DNA of 64,000 nucleotides from Nemertoderma westbladi (taxonomy: Eukaryota; Animalia; Xenacoelomorpha), in NCBI GenBank assembly GCA_032718475.1, contig JAUCBJ010008352.1, positions 1 through 64,000 of the forward strand, in the 5' to 3' direction. The notes under the pieces are model-generated. The model was given only the letters and a program-made list of their open reading frames with translations. It did no database searches and was not told where the DNA came from. The position numbers and the translations under genes are program-made. Numbering within the stretch: the first letter of the stretch is position 1; every line of letters starts with the position of its first letter. Below, piece after piece: positions 1-13,321 of the stretch.

Positions 1-34
1 CAAACGAATCAGTTATCCCACAAAAGCTTTTACA

Positions 35-116
35 GTAGCGCCCACCCCTACCCTCGGGTAGCAGCTATCGAAAGAGGAGCCTTCGGGTCGCCTCCGGCTT
101 TGGCCGACTGTTTGCT
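35..116 (+). repeat. Probable 3' part of a SINE/LINE-tail-type interspersed repeat
   Basis: GC-rich segment (gtagcgcccacccctaccctcgg...gagccttcgggtcgcc...) ending in a T-run; resembles retroposon 3' tails seen in invertebrate genomes, recognised by eye only. Confidence 0.3.
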
Positions 117-914
117 TTTTTTTTTTCCCCCTGTCTTGAGTTTTTACGTTTGTTATAAATAGTATTACATTTTATTTACAAAGAATTTTAAAAAGTTGTC
201 TGATACTTTTATGCAGGGTGGCTATCTAGACACCCACAGAAATTTTCAGACTAATTGCTCAAAAATTGTATAAGTAGTATACGGTTTTGAAGTTGGCAAT
301 TTCATAATAATCGACCTTTCATTATACATAGTAATAGTAATTTCAATAGGTCTCCCTAAATGGAAATTTGTTATAACTTGAAAACTAAAAGAGTTATTAA
401 ATAGCGGGTTTCAGATTTGGAAACACCATATATAATCGATTAAAAATAATTTCGCATTATTTTGGACCAAAATGGTGTAATAAATAATTGATATCACAGT
501 TAGTAAAGTAAATAATTATTCACAAAAAGTATAAGGAAACCGGGCAATAATTTATCTACTGTACTTTTACCAACTACAGTAGTGCTAGTGGAGCAACTTT
601 GCCATTTACAAACCACTAATGATTTATAGCATTGTTTTACTGTAGCTGTTTCAACGGAATGGGTAATGTTACTTGAAATATATTTCAAATTAGAATCACT
701 GGCTGTTCTCAAACAAAAATCCCGAAATAACGTGTACTAACGTGGCGCCAGATTTTAGAATTTCGAAGACATACTATTAACCTGTAGATAATGATAGAGA
801 ACAGTAAAGGCGAAATAACCGACCCTTGACGTCATACACCGTTCTGACTGGAAATGACTGCGAACTTGTGGAACCCCATTTTACTCAACAACTTTGTTCT
901 CTATATTTATATAC

Positions 915-1073
915 TACGGAAGCCCATAACGGCCATGTCGCGCGCAAACTTCCATGTCAAGCGCGCAAATTTTATGCCATTTCCGTGTAGAAACATTTGC
1001 GCGCGCGACATGGAAGTTTGCGCGCGCGACATGGAAGTTTGCGCGCTCGACATGGAAGTTTGCCATATAAACA
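915..1073 (+). repeat. Left terminal inverted repeat of the IS3EU element, with 21-bp subterminal units
   Basis: About 155 bp that are near-identical in inverted orientation to the segment ending at 30995. Confidence 0.9.
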
Positions 1074-1084
1074 AGAAAGTTTGA

Positions 1085-2158
1085 CATTAAAGCCGTATTC
1101 CAAGATATAGGTTTATCCATATGTAATGTGGTGTGAACATAATCACAAAATCCTATTAAATGCACATCAATTTCTTTGCTTTCCGGTAGGGTTTGGTGAA
1201 CCTCGTTTATCATAGGCTGGCTAACCTGTAATGCCAGTTCGGCCTCTCCGCCTCTAACAGTTGGGTTATAAAAGTTGCAAACTGGTTTACCGGGTATACA
1301 TTTATAGGTTGACTTTCTTATTGTATGAGTATTCCAGTCCCTGACAATGTCATTAAGTTCACCCTGTAAAATATCGGCGAAACAATACCACATGATATCT
1401 CGTTGAATAATGGAATGAACATCAAAATCTCCGGATTCCATCATCGTGTTAAACAAATCAATCCAAAAATTAGTCCATGACTTCCGTAGGTACGACCACC
1501 AGGCCTCGATGCGTTGGTTGTGTGGTGAGGGGACATATTGATGAGCGTTGTCGTTTTGGCGATAATAGCATTGGGCAGCAGCCATACCACTGTTCTCGGT
1601 ACCTAGATCAGTGGACAGTTTTAAGGGACAACCAAATTCCTTGATTGCTCCAAGGTACAGTTTGGTGATTTCATTTGGATCGTTGTTCGTTCGACATACC
1701 TTAAGCCATATTATCATCCTAGACCAACCATCAATACAGCCGTGTATTGGGAAACTGAAAGTCTTCAGTTTGTCGTAGCCATCGGCATGCCAAGACCCAT
1801 TTGGCCCAAGACTATGGTACTCTCTTCTATGTAATTTACGTTTTTTTTCTTTCTTCGGTAGCGGCAGGATCTATTTCTCGCAATAATATTTGCACCGTTT
1901 TACGCGTTACAGAAAACCCATTCTGGACTAAATAGCGCCACATGTGCCGATATCCCCACGTTGTGCCTGCTCCTTCTATTATTATTCTGATAGCCTTTTC
2001 AACTAAAATGGTATCTTCATACGCATTTCGTCGATAAAGACCTAGAACTACTAACTGACGTCGGAGGGATCGCTCGGAAATTTGAATATTGAATTTGTTT
2101 CTAGTATGGCTGAAATCTCCTTGTGAGAAAGTCCATCATTGATATATGTTTTTATTAT
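1085..2158 (-). pseudogene. IS3EU DDE transposase (HTH-like N-terminus plus integrase core), frameshifted
   Basis: Manual translation upstream of the 914..1717 ORF gives ISERSLRRQL..GYRHMWRYL..YHSLGPNGSWHADGYDKLK.FSFPIHGCIDGWSR, then STDLGTEN and HNQRIEAWW (D, D, E triad). Apparent frameshifts lie near 1850 and 2095. Confidence 0.8.
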
Positions 2159-2708
2159 GTATTAGGTGTAAAGGGTCTTTTTTTTTATTTGTTTTTTATT
2201 GTTTTTTTTTTTAAGGTCATTTGAATATTATTAAAATTCGGACGAGCCGATAGGCCTATAGCAGTAAAATATATATACGCAGTAAAATAGCACAATATGC
2301 ATTGCATACCGGTAGGCCTATGTCAGTGTGTTATGTACGGTAATGGTACAGTAGTACAGGAACGGTACCACCAGCAGACCGGTACTGGTTAACAGGTGTG
2401 ATTTACAAATTTATCTGTTTATTGCTATGCTATTTACCTCTCTGAGCTACTCTCACACTGACTGTACAGCAATTGTTACCTAACACCTACACTGTCAGAC
2501 TACAGCACTGCTACACTGCTGCTAAACCAGTACGCAGTCAGATACCGGTACTCAAACTGCTGAACTGTTTTCCTGTTCAAAATACTGCATTACTAACAAC
2601 TGAACAGTCAAACAGTAGGACAAGTAAATTCAAATTTCCCGCCCAGACAAAAATTCAAAACGGATATTATATTAAGTTTGCGGGCGACATGGCCGTTATG
2701 GGCTTCCC

Positions 2709-3128
2709 CATGTCGCGCGCGCAAACTTCCATGTCGCGCGCGCAAACTTCCATGTCGCGCGCGCAAACTTCCATGTCGCGCGCGCAAACTTCCATGTCGC
2801 GCGCGCAAACTTCCATGTCGCGCGCGCAAACTTCCATGTCGCGCGCGCAAACTTCCATGTCGCGCGCGCAAACTTCCATGTCGCGCGCGCAAACTTCCAT
2901 GTCGCGCGCGCAAACTTCCATGTCGCGCGCGCAAACTTCCATGTCGCGCGCGCAAACTTCCATGTCGCGCCCGCAAACTTCCATGTCGCGCGCGCAAACT
3001 TCCATGTCGCGTGCGCAAACTTCCATATCGCGCGCGCAAACTTCCATGTCGCGCGCGCAAACTTCCATGTCGCGCGCGCAAACTTCCATGTCGTGCGCGC
3101 AAACTTCCATGTCGCGCGCGCAAACTTC
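2709..3128 (+). repeat. Tandem array of ~20 x 21-bp CpG-rich units (CATGTCGCGCGCGCAAACTTC)
   Basis: Directly visible. Same unit as in both TIRs; preceded at ~2678-2708 by an internal copy of the right terminus that lacks the final GTA. Confidence 0.95.
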
Positions 3129-3484
3129 ATTATACTCGCGCACATAAGCGCAGACCAGACTAGCTGGCATTTATTAATAAAATTGTGACAAATATACGAT
3201 TATAAGGTTACACTATTATAACATCAGTAAAACAATCAGGATAAATATCACCACTAAATTATTAAATAAAATATATGTCGATAGTTGGCTAAAATAAAGC
3301 TTAAATTAAAATTGCAACGGGGTACGGTTAATATAACACAGGGACGACACGTTATAATAAACATTAATACAAATACAGTTATTGCGACAGTAAAAGTTTG
3401 TGTACGGTTCGAATTAACACCAATTGAGAGTATGCACTAAAGGAACAAACTTAAAATCCGTAAAATTGTAGTATTCTATTATGT

Positions 3485-6435
3485 TTAGTTTTGTTTAGTT
3501 CCATGCAGATCATAGCAATTCTTTACGAAATTAGCACAAATTATGTTGTTGAGTGAGTTAATGCCAGTTTGGAATCCTGTCATGAGTGCACGTTTGTTAT
3601 ATTCACATGTTAGTATTGACCACATAGAAGGGATTTGGTACGTTTCCTTTGCTCGTCTGTAGGTGCTCATAAGGCCCCTGTATAATGTGTAGGATATTGC
3701 GTTATCCAAAGCGAGTTTGTAAGGTGAATATAGGGCATCTAAGTATTTGCAATGACGTGGAAACGGCGCTACGATAGGCCATGGTGTTAAGAGGCAACAT
3801 GTTCAGGAGCTCGTATAATGTGTCGTTGTTCATATAGACTCCAACGTTGCAGAAGTCGGCGTAGAGCCTGTCAATACGAGATGGCTGAATCAATACGAGA
3901 TATGTCATTCTTGCTCAGGCTACCGATCGTGTACTTTAGCTTGTATGTCAAGCTTGGGATAACAAGTGACTTCCAGAGATATGATAATGTTTCAGTATCT
4001 AACCATTGCGATGTCCACCCCTTCTGCTGAAAAATTCCTCCCAATTTCCATATGTGCTGAGTGCACTCTGCGGCGGTGTGTGCGCTGGTTTTGTTGGATG
4101 AAAGAGTGTAGCCCAGGAACTCGATTGTCTGACTTTCGGGTATTAGATGTCCATTAATACTGAGGAAACACAGTATGTAAGTGTTGGTGTTGACTTCGCT
4201 GTACATCCAGTGACATTTAGTCGGCTCGAACATTAGTTGTAATTTATTGAGCCCCATGTTCAGTATAGTTGACATGCGTTAAATTTCGTGTTTAGTAGTG
4301 GCTAAAAGAAATACATCGTCAGCATACATTATGCACCCAAACCAGATGTCGTTGATCATGCACCCCAGTCCGGATTCAGTAAGCGACTGCATGATGCTGA
4401 TGGTGTAAAGATTAAATAAGCATGGTGACAGTACTGATCCTTGCATGATCCCTCTCGGCATATTTATGCCAACCGTGTCAATCAGATTACTGAATTTGAG
4501 GTACACCATGGCGATGCTGTAGTAGTGAACCAGTACACAGCAGATGAATGGGTTTATAATACCTGATAACTTCTCGAAGAGAACTGCGTGGTCAACTTCA
4601 TCGAAAGCAGATTTGATATCTAGTTGGCACATGAACAGACCTGATCCTAGTTCACTAAAGTGCTGTATACATTCCAGTATCAAGCCAATGGCGGCCTCGC
4701 ATCCCACTTGTTCTTTGTAGGCTAACTGATAGTCGTTTCTCGGAAGGACATTCTCAAGGAAACCCTTGTATATTATACGCTCGAGTACCTTTGCTAATAG
4801 ACATATGCTGGCAATCAGTCTATAAGAGTTAGTTCTCATGGGATCTTCCTCTTCCCTTTGTATAAGCTTGTTATGCTCCAAAAACATATGGTACCATGCC
4901 AATACGTATACTTGCATTATACATATTTGCTAACAGGTGACACATAGTCACGGGGTTGGCGGATAAAAGGTGCTCCACTGTTATGGAATTGAGGTCCGGT
5001 GATTTCCCTACCGATAGAGATAATATGGATTTCCTTATAATTTCTTCAGATATGGTTGGTACAGTAGTATTCTTGCATTGTCTGTCTAAATTTTTGATGA
5101 TATTGGAAGTGCTAGTAACGTTTCTTGTAATTCTGTCCCTATATGACTGGCGTATTTGATCCTGAATCTGAGTTGGTGGTGTGCTTGGTGAACCCTTGTT
5201 TGAAAATTTTCGCCAGAAACCCTTTGGGTTGCTCTTCAGCTTGTGAGTTACTTCACCGACTGATCTTGCAACGTGCATCTTCATAAGTAAATTTTTTAGT
5301 TGTCGTACTCCACGTTTGGACTGTTTGAAGGCAATCCCCACCTCATCATTAGGATCTTTCCCATTATTGACCCATAGGTTGTACAGGCTGCGGGTGGTTC
5401 GACATCGTTCCGAAAGTGTAGTTGAGCGTATTCTATAGTTTTTAGTAATTCTTTTCTTTTTGATTACATTAATAGTTTCAAGTGCTGATTTGTGTAACGC
5501 AGTGTTAATGTTGTTGGCAAAAGTATTGAGGTCATCTATGGTGTCGATAGCGAGTAATGCCATTCCCTCAAGGTAATTATCTAGAGTTCGACAGTACATG
5601 TCTTTCCGCTTCTTGGATGCGCTACTCCAATTGAACCATATAGGTGTCTGTTTTGTAGCTGTTTTTTTCACCAACTCTTCCTTTACAGAATCACAGTTGA
5701 TGGAAATCACGATTGGTAGATGATCAGACAAATTATCTGCTTCATCATATTCTATGATGTATCCCCCTATGACTTTAAATGGTCCATTGATTGGCATCAC
5801 AATGTGGTCGATATAACTCCGATGAGCACCCCCAGTATAAGTATATGCTGGTCCTGTCACATTGTCAAGTGTGTCTAAAGCTGTAATATTGTATTTGAGT
5901 AGGAAGTTGTTCAGAATGAGGTCACGGTCTGTTGCATTGGGTCTGAGGAATCGTGGTCCTTGTTCTGACCCCAAGTCCGCATTAGTGTCCATCATAATAA
6001 TGGGGATTGCTGCTGGGTACATAGCGATTAAAGCAGTATGCCGACCAAGGTACTCATTATAACTTTGATTTTTTTTGTTAGAGTCTGGTGCATAGCCTGA
6101 AAGTAGAAGAACTCGAACGTTGCCAGTGTCACCGATTATTCCAACAATGTCGTCTCCAGAAGCGACTTTGGCCCAGTTACATACTTTATCTTTATGGAAT
6201 GCCAAGGCTACCCCTCCAGCACCTCTAAACCCTATTAGGGTTGTTCATTAGATCACTAGTAGAGTAGAAGAGCTCGAAGATTTCATTGAGTGATTCCTTG
6301 GCATGATCGAGCTCTATAGCATCCATCCAGTCCTCCTGAATTCCAATGACATCACATACTTCAAGCAGTTTGTCTATCTGATCGATGCTACTCGAGTACC
6401 CATGGCAGTTTAAGGATCCTAATGTCAATTTTACT
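3485..6435 (-). pseudogene. LINE ORF2: apurinic-type endonuclease plus reverse transcriptase, with frameshifts and stops
   Basis: EN motifs LGSLNCHG, IGIQE, MDTNA, SYIDHI, NLSDHLPI; RT motifs LDIKSAFDEV, GIMQGSVLSP, GLGC...IMYADD (GxGC pattern typical of RTEX-like elements). Confidence 0.85.
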
Positions 6436-6825
6436 TTACGAGATTTATAATTCGTGTTGTTAGTACCAGTGTTCTTATTCGCTGCAGAGTCTAACTTTGA
6501 AAATGGAAAATCCTTTGGTGGTGTCTTGGCATGAGTTTCTGTAAGGGTGGGGCCAGTGCAGTATTCTGTATATTCGGTTATTTTAGTATCTGCGACTGGC
6601 ATATCCATTGTTAAAAGTAAGACCTGTTCAAAGGATTCCTCGACAGATAGTAATCCTGTGGGATCTGGTAGTGTGTCATGTAATCTCGCTTATGTTGTCT
6701 TGTGTCTTCTTTGGAGTTTTCCAACCCACTAAAATCATGCGTGGTTGCATTGTAGCATTTCAAGTCACTTTCTGCTCTATAGTTATGTTTCCTTGATTTC
6801 TCATGGAAACTACGGGAGTGATCAT

Positions 6826-7820
6826 CTATGAAAGGTTCTTTTGGGGCATCTGGGAGTCATGCTGTTCCCTGTGGTTCAGTGCAAAGCTATTATCAGATTG
6901 CTTTCCTGAATGTCGTCCTTGCCAGTTATTAGTCGCATGTCTGTCTGGGTTTGTTTGGGATTCTTTACATACAATCCCAGAAGGCCAGAATGCATTGTGC
7001 ATAAGAATATCTTTAAGATTGGAATCTGTGGTTAGGCGAATGCTTTTCCCATCTCCATGAAGGCGGGTTGTGATTCGATGCACATTAATTTTCCTTTCAA
7101 TAAGGAAATTTACTACATCATCCTAAGTGTTATTCTTATTAATACCAGAAATAAAGAGTTGTACTTTGAGGTGTGATTCGGCACACCTCAATGGGATTCC
7201 ACATCTTTCAGATTGGATTAAATTGTCCTCACCCTCGCGATTATTTACCGAGTTCACTGCAATTCTTTTGGTAATCCCCTTTGGTTGATGTTGGATGGCA
7301 TGCTGTTGCTGCTTACCTTTGCGTTCAACTGTGTGTATGCTGGTAGTGTCTGACATTGTATTATCGGTATCGATATTACTTAGTAGGTGATAAGGATTGG
7401 GGCCAATGATTGTACTACCAATGTCCCTTTGCTGTGGCCATTGTTTTGCGACATGTTTGTTCCTCGGAATGCTGAATGAAGTACTATATTCCTTTAATTG
7501 CTGGTTACTGTGCTCATCTAGGAACTTTACTTGAGGTAAAATTGGTTCAGATGAATGAAAAGTACCTGGTATGTCTTCATCATCATTAATTGAGTCTATT
7601 ATCAGCCATTCAGATTCTGTTTCATTGCTTGGGGTCAAGGTGCATTGTGTGCCTATGGCAGGGTTGCCTTGTTTCCTGGTCGATATAATGTTCCGAAACT
7701 TTTCCTCCAATACAATCCAGTAGTTATGCTCATGGTTTAAATCTTGTTCTATTGTCTTATTTCGCTCTTTTAGTTTGTCGTTATTGGTTTCGAGTAGGCA
7801 AATGCGATGGTGCTGTATGA
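6826..7820 (-). pseudogene. LINE ORF1 C-terminal part: coiled coil plus RRM-like domain
   Basis: VQLFISGINKNNT*DDVVNFL...SIRLT...FWPSGIVCKE is the RRM-like pattern of LINE ORF1 proteins; a heptad-like stretch lies at ~7700-7820. Confidence 0.6.
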
Positions 7821-7967
7821 GTCCAAATAACTTGGTGCATTGCGAGGATTGCTGTTCCTGTATGTTGTTGTGCTTGGTTGTGTTGGTTGGGCTGCTAATG
7901 TCGGGGTCATATTATAGGTTGGGGCATTGAAGTCGGGTAGGAGGATGGAATCCAGGGTATCTGGATC

Positions 7968-8603
7968 TCATAATTTATGGTCCACGAGGCACTGTAGTAA
8001 CCATTGTCGCAGGTTAACATTTTGTATCTTACCTGATAGACTATTACCGGTAGATACCATTGTCGCATATAGGTATGCGAATACGCCGCAATCATTGCTT
8101 AGAGGTTTTTGGAGGGGGTAATTGTTGATGTGAGAGACGACAGTCCATAAACTTTTTGCCCCTCCAGAGACATATTCGATTGAGTTTAGCAGTTTACAAA
8201 TTCGCCGAGTCACTGTAGATGGTCGAGTCATTGCATTGATGCTGCACAAGGTATAAACACTATGATCGCTGAGATCAGCAATATGCAGAACGAAATGGTC
8301 ATTAAAGCAGTCAGGAAAGAGGCACAGTGATGTAGATCTTATGTTGCAGGTAGATGTAATATATTTCAAGGCACTTGAAAAATCGAACCTTTCTTGATGC
8401 AACTTACTACAAAGACTTGAGTCGATACAGCCTATTCTATTATTTCCCATTGAGTTATTTAAAATAGATAAAAAAGAATACACAATGACAGTTGAAAGCT
8501 TGCATCCTGGTTGTAGGTAGTCCCAGTCTGGATCTGATGACTTAATAATCACTTTGCTGTTTATTACTGGTGTTTTGAGGATGGCTAATTCGCGCATCAT
8601 CAT
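7968..8603 (-). pseudogene. Ulp1/SENP-like (peptidase C48) cysteine protease domain
   Basis: LFPDCFNDHFVLHIADL (His), PLQ...NDCGVF (oxyanion Gln and Cys). The expected Asp of Y-x-D-S-L reads YTLCSI. Confidence 0.65.
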
Positions 8604-9559
8604 GCTCTAAGTCTGTATCAGGATATAATTTATATTCTTCTTGTGAATTATTGCATTCTCCCTTGTACACCACATCCTTGTTACGGTTAATGGTTGGTGT
8701 TACTGTATAATTAGTGTTTTCGGTCGATGTAATGATGGTGGTTGCACTGGTTGGATGGTTGGGAGTTGTTCCTCCCTTCTTATGTATAGTAGGTTTGAAG
8801 AAGTCAGAAATTTTACTTCTTTTTCCTTTGGACATAAGTGCTTGTGTGTCTGTGACAGCTAGGGGTAGCTTGAGGTCACCTGTCACCTGGAGCAATGCAT
8901 CGTCAGAAATGTCTATCAACTCTGGAGTGGATAAACCGGATGGGCGACTAGTTGGTTGGAGATACCCCCCACATGATTGGTCTTTCATGTAAATCCCTGA
9001 TTGAGTGGCTGCTCGATCAGTATATAGCATGCTGTCCAAAAGTTTGGAATTCGGAACAGGAATTGGGGTATCCCTGACTGGCCTGACTGTAACCTCCCTA
9101 TGCCTCCATATGCTGTCACTATGACGATCTTCGACCATGACATCAGTAAAATGGGCTGGGTGGTTTATTAACGGATGCTCTGTGATGTTCAGTTGGGGCA
9201 ATGGTGATTAGAGTTCCTGGTGTAAAGGTGTGTGGTGTGTCAGAAAAGTTGGTGCAGGGTTTGCCTGGGGAATAGGTATGGTGTTATATGATGTTTGTAT
9301 ATGAGTTGTGGGACTATTAATATTACCTATTATATGTGAGTAACTAACTAACCCATTGTTTGTGTCACATTTAGGGCGGAATAGGTTGTTATGAGAAAAC
9401 CCAATCTCTGAGCTTTCCTGGGCTGGGTCATAGGCTGTATGGATACCCGGGCCTACCCAGCCCGGGAGCTGTGCAGAGGTTGAGGTTAGCGTTGTGTCGG
9501 TAACGTCTGCCTGCTGTTGCCGGATCCCCATCGATGCGTTGGCCCTGTTACGGATAGTG

Positions 9560-10120
9560 CTCGGGTCGGCAAGTTTGTCCCGGATCATCCTCGGCTCGCC
9601 AGGTTTGTCCCAAATTGTCATTGGGTCAGTGGGTTCATCCCGGATTGTCTTCGGGTCAGCCGATTCGTTGGGGATCAACTTCGGGTTGGCCGGTTCGTCC
9701 TGGATCATCATCTGGTCGACGGGTTCGTCCCGGATCATCCCCCAGTCGGTGGGTTCATCTGGGATCATCGTCTGGTTGCCAGGTTCATCCTGGATCATCC
9801 TAGGGTCAGCGGTTTCTTCAGGGATAAATTTTGGGTTGGCCAGTTCAATCCAGATCATCCTTTGGTCGGTGGATTCATCCCGGATCATCCTAGGGTCGGC
9901 GGGTTTGTTGGGGAACAATTTCGGATTGGCCGGCTCGTCCCAGATCGTCCTTTGGTCGGCGGGTTCGTCCTGGATCGTCCCCAGGTTGGCGGGTTACTCC
10001 TGGACCATCCTCCGGTTCGCGGGTTTGTAGAGGATCAACTTCAGGGCGGCCGGTTCGTCCCAGATCATCCTCTGGTCGATGGGTTCGTCCTGGATCATCC
10101 TTCGGTCGGCGGGTACATCC
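9560..10120 (-). repeat. Coding 30-bp (10-aa, MIxDEPADPR-like) tandem repeat, left part
   Basis: Repeat visible in the DNA and in ORF 9208..9918; it resumes at 29960-30370. Confidence 0.9.
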
Positions 10121-10131
10121 CATGTCGATGT

Positions 10132-12392
10132 TGTTGTGTCCTCTACGGTAGGAACTACCCTACAGCCTACAAATCTACAAATACGAAGCTATAGAATATC
10201 TCTATCCGTAAAGTCCAGTAGTATTCCGCTTACCAGATCCTAGTAACGATGTATCTTACTGTAAGACTCTAGTAATGAAACGGGCTCGTACAGTATCTGA
10301 CAACAAATCCCAGTCCAGGATATCTAAACAAACAGATACAATACACAAACTACTACTGGCGAGGAGCAGAGCCTGGTGTCTATTCTATGTACGTGGGCGG
10401 ATCTAATGCCTACGTACTAGACAAAAGGATACCTGTCCTCTAACCGGTATGGCAGATGTACAGTTACAGTAACATACCAAACTCACGGGAAAACAATCCC
10501 CGCGCAGCAAATCCTAACTATCGCTGACAGTCCTAAATACAGTAACTTGCCGCGGTGTGATTTATATGGTTTATATACGAGCTAGGTGGGTTGCAGACCT
10601 AGTGTAACAATACTGATCCCCCTGTCTGAATCAGCCTAAAAGAGGTCGTACCTAAATGTAACAATAACTGATCCCCCTGTACGAAATCAGTCTAAAAGGT
10701 CGGGCCTAAATGTAACAATACTGCTGCGCAGAAAAACAACAGTTTAATAACGAATATGAAATACTCCTTCTTGCCGTAACTAAATATCTGATCCTAATTT
10801 ACAAATACAGATAAATTCTGCCTAAATCTAAATTGCGCCATCTAGTAGGAACTCTAAGGGTAAATATGTTTTAGGGCGTGTGTGTGTGGGTGGGTTACAA
10901 TAAAACAATTTTGGTGTATATCATTTACTAGGTTTTAGTAATTCTCTGACCGAAATAATACCGTGTGCTAGCTACTAAAATAAGCTAGTCGCGTTTTGTA
11001 GAGCTTTATACTTACAAATGACGTCAAAGCTCTCTCCTTCCTATCCACAACTCAACTGGGCAACCACGGTGTTAGTAACTACACCCGTGATCGGCACAAA
11101 TACCAGATTCTGGTTGTAAGATAAGAAATAGGGGTTAATTGCTACCGTACGTTAGCTGATCTGGTATACAAATTTGATTCTAGAACTTTGTTGCTGCGGT
11201 AGTTAGCAGCAATACCTATCAGTACATGGCAAGGCGCGGTAGGATATTAATAAAACCTCCCTAGGCCAAGCGGTGTGCCGGTAGCAGAAATACTCCTTGC
11301 CTGATCAAATAACTAACTTCAGGCGGGGGTAGGGTACTAATGTATGCTCTACAAAGCGAACCGGTACCAAACAGTCAGTACTACGAATCACTAAATTATG
11401 GAACATATGCTGTCCGTACCTAATGTGTACTCGCGTACTGACGAATGGCAATAATTCGCACCTGTGAGGTATACAGGCAACCCAGGGGTTCGTACTACTG
11501 ACAAGGGGGGGGGGGGGGGGGGGTTCTGCCAAAATATAGTTATTTGATCCTAAATTTGCGGCGTCCAAGGACGGCGTCACGCTTACCCTTATCTATAGGT
11601 CTTACGTCGGGCAAGGGCGTCAAACAAAGTCTTACCTTCCTCATAAAGCGGGCGCTGCATGTCAAGTGGAGCATTTCGAAGGGCGAAGGGGGTGCGCGGT
11701 CTAATCTAATGTGGGCGCTAGCGTGTTGTGGACATCCTTTCCCTGCGTTGCTGACGGCCTAACGGTCTAGGCGGCCAACTTCCTGATGCTTTGCTGTCCC
11801 AAAGTTGGACAAATGCAGAAAAACATGTTCAGAAGTTTATAGTATATTTACAGTTTACAAAACTTTATCAAACAGAATTGCCAAATAGTTTCAACAAGAA
11901 ACATAATAAACTGAATGAATCAAGTTTAACAAGAGTAGTGAACTGTAAGTTGTACTAACTAAGAATGGTGTAGAGTGATAACCGAAGGCAAACCAGCCCT
12001 TTATATACTAAATCTGGGACATAGAATCTACTAGAACTTTCTAGAGTATTCCATGGCCTCACATTGGAGCAATAAGATATTCCATGCCCTATGATTGGCC
12101 TAACTCATTGTTCCATGTGTTGTACGCACCTCATTGGTTTGTCAAATTGTATGAAATGAAAATAAATTGCCCCAAAATGCAAATTTCCCGACTGGGATTC
12201 GAACTCGTAACCTATGTAATGCAACCAACGCCTTAACCATCTGACCACTACACCACGAGATTAACTAGGGGTTTTATGTGTACTGATATGAGTAGGCATA
12301 TTACATTACTGTAACTTAATCAAAATGCGTCGGATTTTCGAAAGTTTTTACGTTATACTACAAATGCTATCCTATAGTGAAATAATTCATCA
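10132..12392 (-). repeat. 3' LTR of element A (2261 bp)
   Basis: 10507-12392 matches 28066-29950 with scattered substitutions; preceded on the minus strand by the purine-rich tract GGAGCGG. Confidence 0.88.
12185..12258 (-). other. tRNA-like (A box / B box) segment inside the LTR; second copy at 29744-29817
   Basis: Minus strand reads GTGGTGTAGTGGTCAGATGGTTAAGGCG...GAGTTCGAATCCCAGTCGGG; no clean cloverleaf. Confidence 0.55.
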
Positions 12393-13321
12393 CCGCTCCA
12401 TGAAAACAGTAAGTAAGACTGTTTTCACCAATCGAAATACAAAACTATTTACAAATACTTCTAAATCTACTGGTAGGGCCTAAAATATAAAATAATCACT
12501 ATCTAATTATTGCATACTTAATATTGCAGGTACGGCGTAAATATAATCCATCATACTTACAAAATACAAATTTACCAATCAACTTTAGTGCATAAAATAC
12601 AAAAAAAGGCTTTCGGTTATCGAGATAAACAAATTAAACAAATCAGAACGAAATAAATCAAAACGAATCGAACAAATAATTTCAAATCTTTCAACAAGTT
12701 TTATATATTGTAAATACACATAATAAACTTCCACCAAATTAAATCAGTCCGAAATATAAAATAAACATAATGCGCTAAAATCTTTCAAATAAGTCTTAAA
12801 GTGTCCTCCTGACGATCTCAATAGTTCGTCCTGCTGGTCTGGATGTCTTCTCCTGAGCACTAATTGCTACCGGTAAGCTCGCAAGCCTTCCTTCTCTATC
12901 TCACTCCTCCAAACTCAACGTTCGATATAGTCGCTTTCGTCCTTCTGGGCTCCTCCCGGAGGCGCACCCACGAGGCGGACGTGTTTCCACCACCCCTGGG
13001 GCCAGTCTGACTGATGTTATTATCAGACCGGGCAGGAGGGTGGCCCGATGCTTCCCGGGTTCTGTTTTCGGTCCCCAGATCACACCAGCACAGCTCGTCG
13101 AACGTGTAGCCAGATGGTCGGCTACTGTCAACTTACTGTGGCCTGACTGTACATTGAGCCAACTCAAAGAGTCAACCGGCAGGTGGACCAGTCGATAGCG
13201 ATCGAGCACCAAGGTCGCCCTTGGTCCTAACCGACGGTCTTGTCCCAAGCGGGCTTGCGCTACCCAACATTGGAATTTTGACTCGTTTTCACCTGCCTCG
13301 CCGGCAGTATTGAGGGGAAAT

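Noticed and set aside
3140-3165. Possible Academ-like TAGTCTGG terminus
   Set aside because: No partner end or TSD found.
2473-3170. Five overlapping repetitive ORFs, or a CRISPR-like array
   Set aside because: Products of a stop-free 21-bp tandem repeat; no unique spacers and no cas genes, in a eukaryotic context.
9494-10194. Plus-strand ORFs over the 30-bp repeat (also 29957-30547)
   Set aside because: Antisense shadows of the minus-strand repeat ORF.
12185-12258. Functional tRNA gene
   Set aside because: Acceptor and anticodon stems do not pair convincingly; treated as tRNA-derived.
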